64,000 bases of DNA from a virus (taxonomy: Duplodnaviria > Caudoviricetes). Shown here piece by piece: positions 63,848 to 64,000 of this stretch. The stretch is from IMG/VR virus record IMGVR_UViG_3300047440_000434, positions 311 to 64,310 of that record; one strand, 5' to 3'. Position 1 is the first letter of the stretch, and each line of letters opens with the position of its first letter. The position numbers and the translations under genes are program-made. The notes beneath the pieces are model-generated. The model searched no databases. It was given only the letters and a program-made list of their open reading frames with translations, and was not told where the DNA came from.

Positions 63848-64000
63848 CGACCCAGACGCCAACGTCAGTTTTCGCGGGCTCAGCCTAAAGCTGGGCCCGC
63901 AATTTCTGACGCTTGTGATAATCAACGCCCTTGTCCTGGGCGCGCTGTTCTGGTTCACCGACGCCCGCGCCAAACATACCGCTCACGTCATGGAGCTATT
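63837..64000 (+). CDS. Membrane protein, partial (possible lysis-related)
   Basis: GTG 63837; TM segment FLTLVIINALVLGALFWF; frame open to window end. Confidence 0.5.
   Translation, partial: MPDNDPDANVSFRGLSLKLGPQFLTLVIINALVLGALFWFTDARAKHTAHVMEL

Noticed and set aside
1-64000. Genome-wide stop-codon reassignment
   Set aside because: Core genes are intact under code 11. Several TAG stops are followed at once by another stop or by out-of-frame genes (2237, 25186, 55490), and no suppressor tRNA was seen.
1-64000. Prophage boundaries, integrase or endolysin
   Set aside because: No host genes, att-like junction, recombinase or stand-alone endolysin were recognised; they may lie outside the window

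Overview
The window is most of the genome of a GC-rich tailed phage, probably a podovirus. Its structural gene order resembles Bcep22/BPP-1-type podoviruses; the host cannot be determined from the sequence. Layout: (i) a minus-strand terminase operon (1-2962) transcribed away from (ii) a plus-strand structural arm (3031-39670) with portal, scaffold, capsid, adaptors, three peptidase-S74-tipped tail fibres, nozzle, GNAT, methyltransferase and PAPS-reductase-like genes, and ejection proteins including a 2505-aa polyvalent protein; (iii) a minus-strand replication/early arm (40252-62322) with primase-helicase, SNF2 helicase, VRR-NUC, Cas4-like nuclease, family A DNA polymerase, a MoxR-AAA/vWA module and many small genes; (iv) a strand switch near 63 kb. 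I found no integrase, endolysin, tRNA or CRISPR array. The most striking unexplained signal is a 17-bp quasi-palindrome, TTTACT(A/C)CNG(G/T)AGTAAA, with about 50 copies counted by eye across the window. It occurs inside genes every 1-4 kb. At early-gene junctions it supplies the Shine-Dalgarno sequence and often the upstream stop codon. All family assignments come from motif recognition, not database searches.
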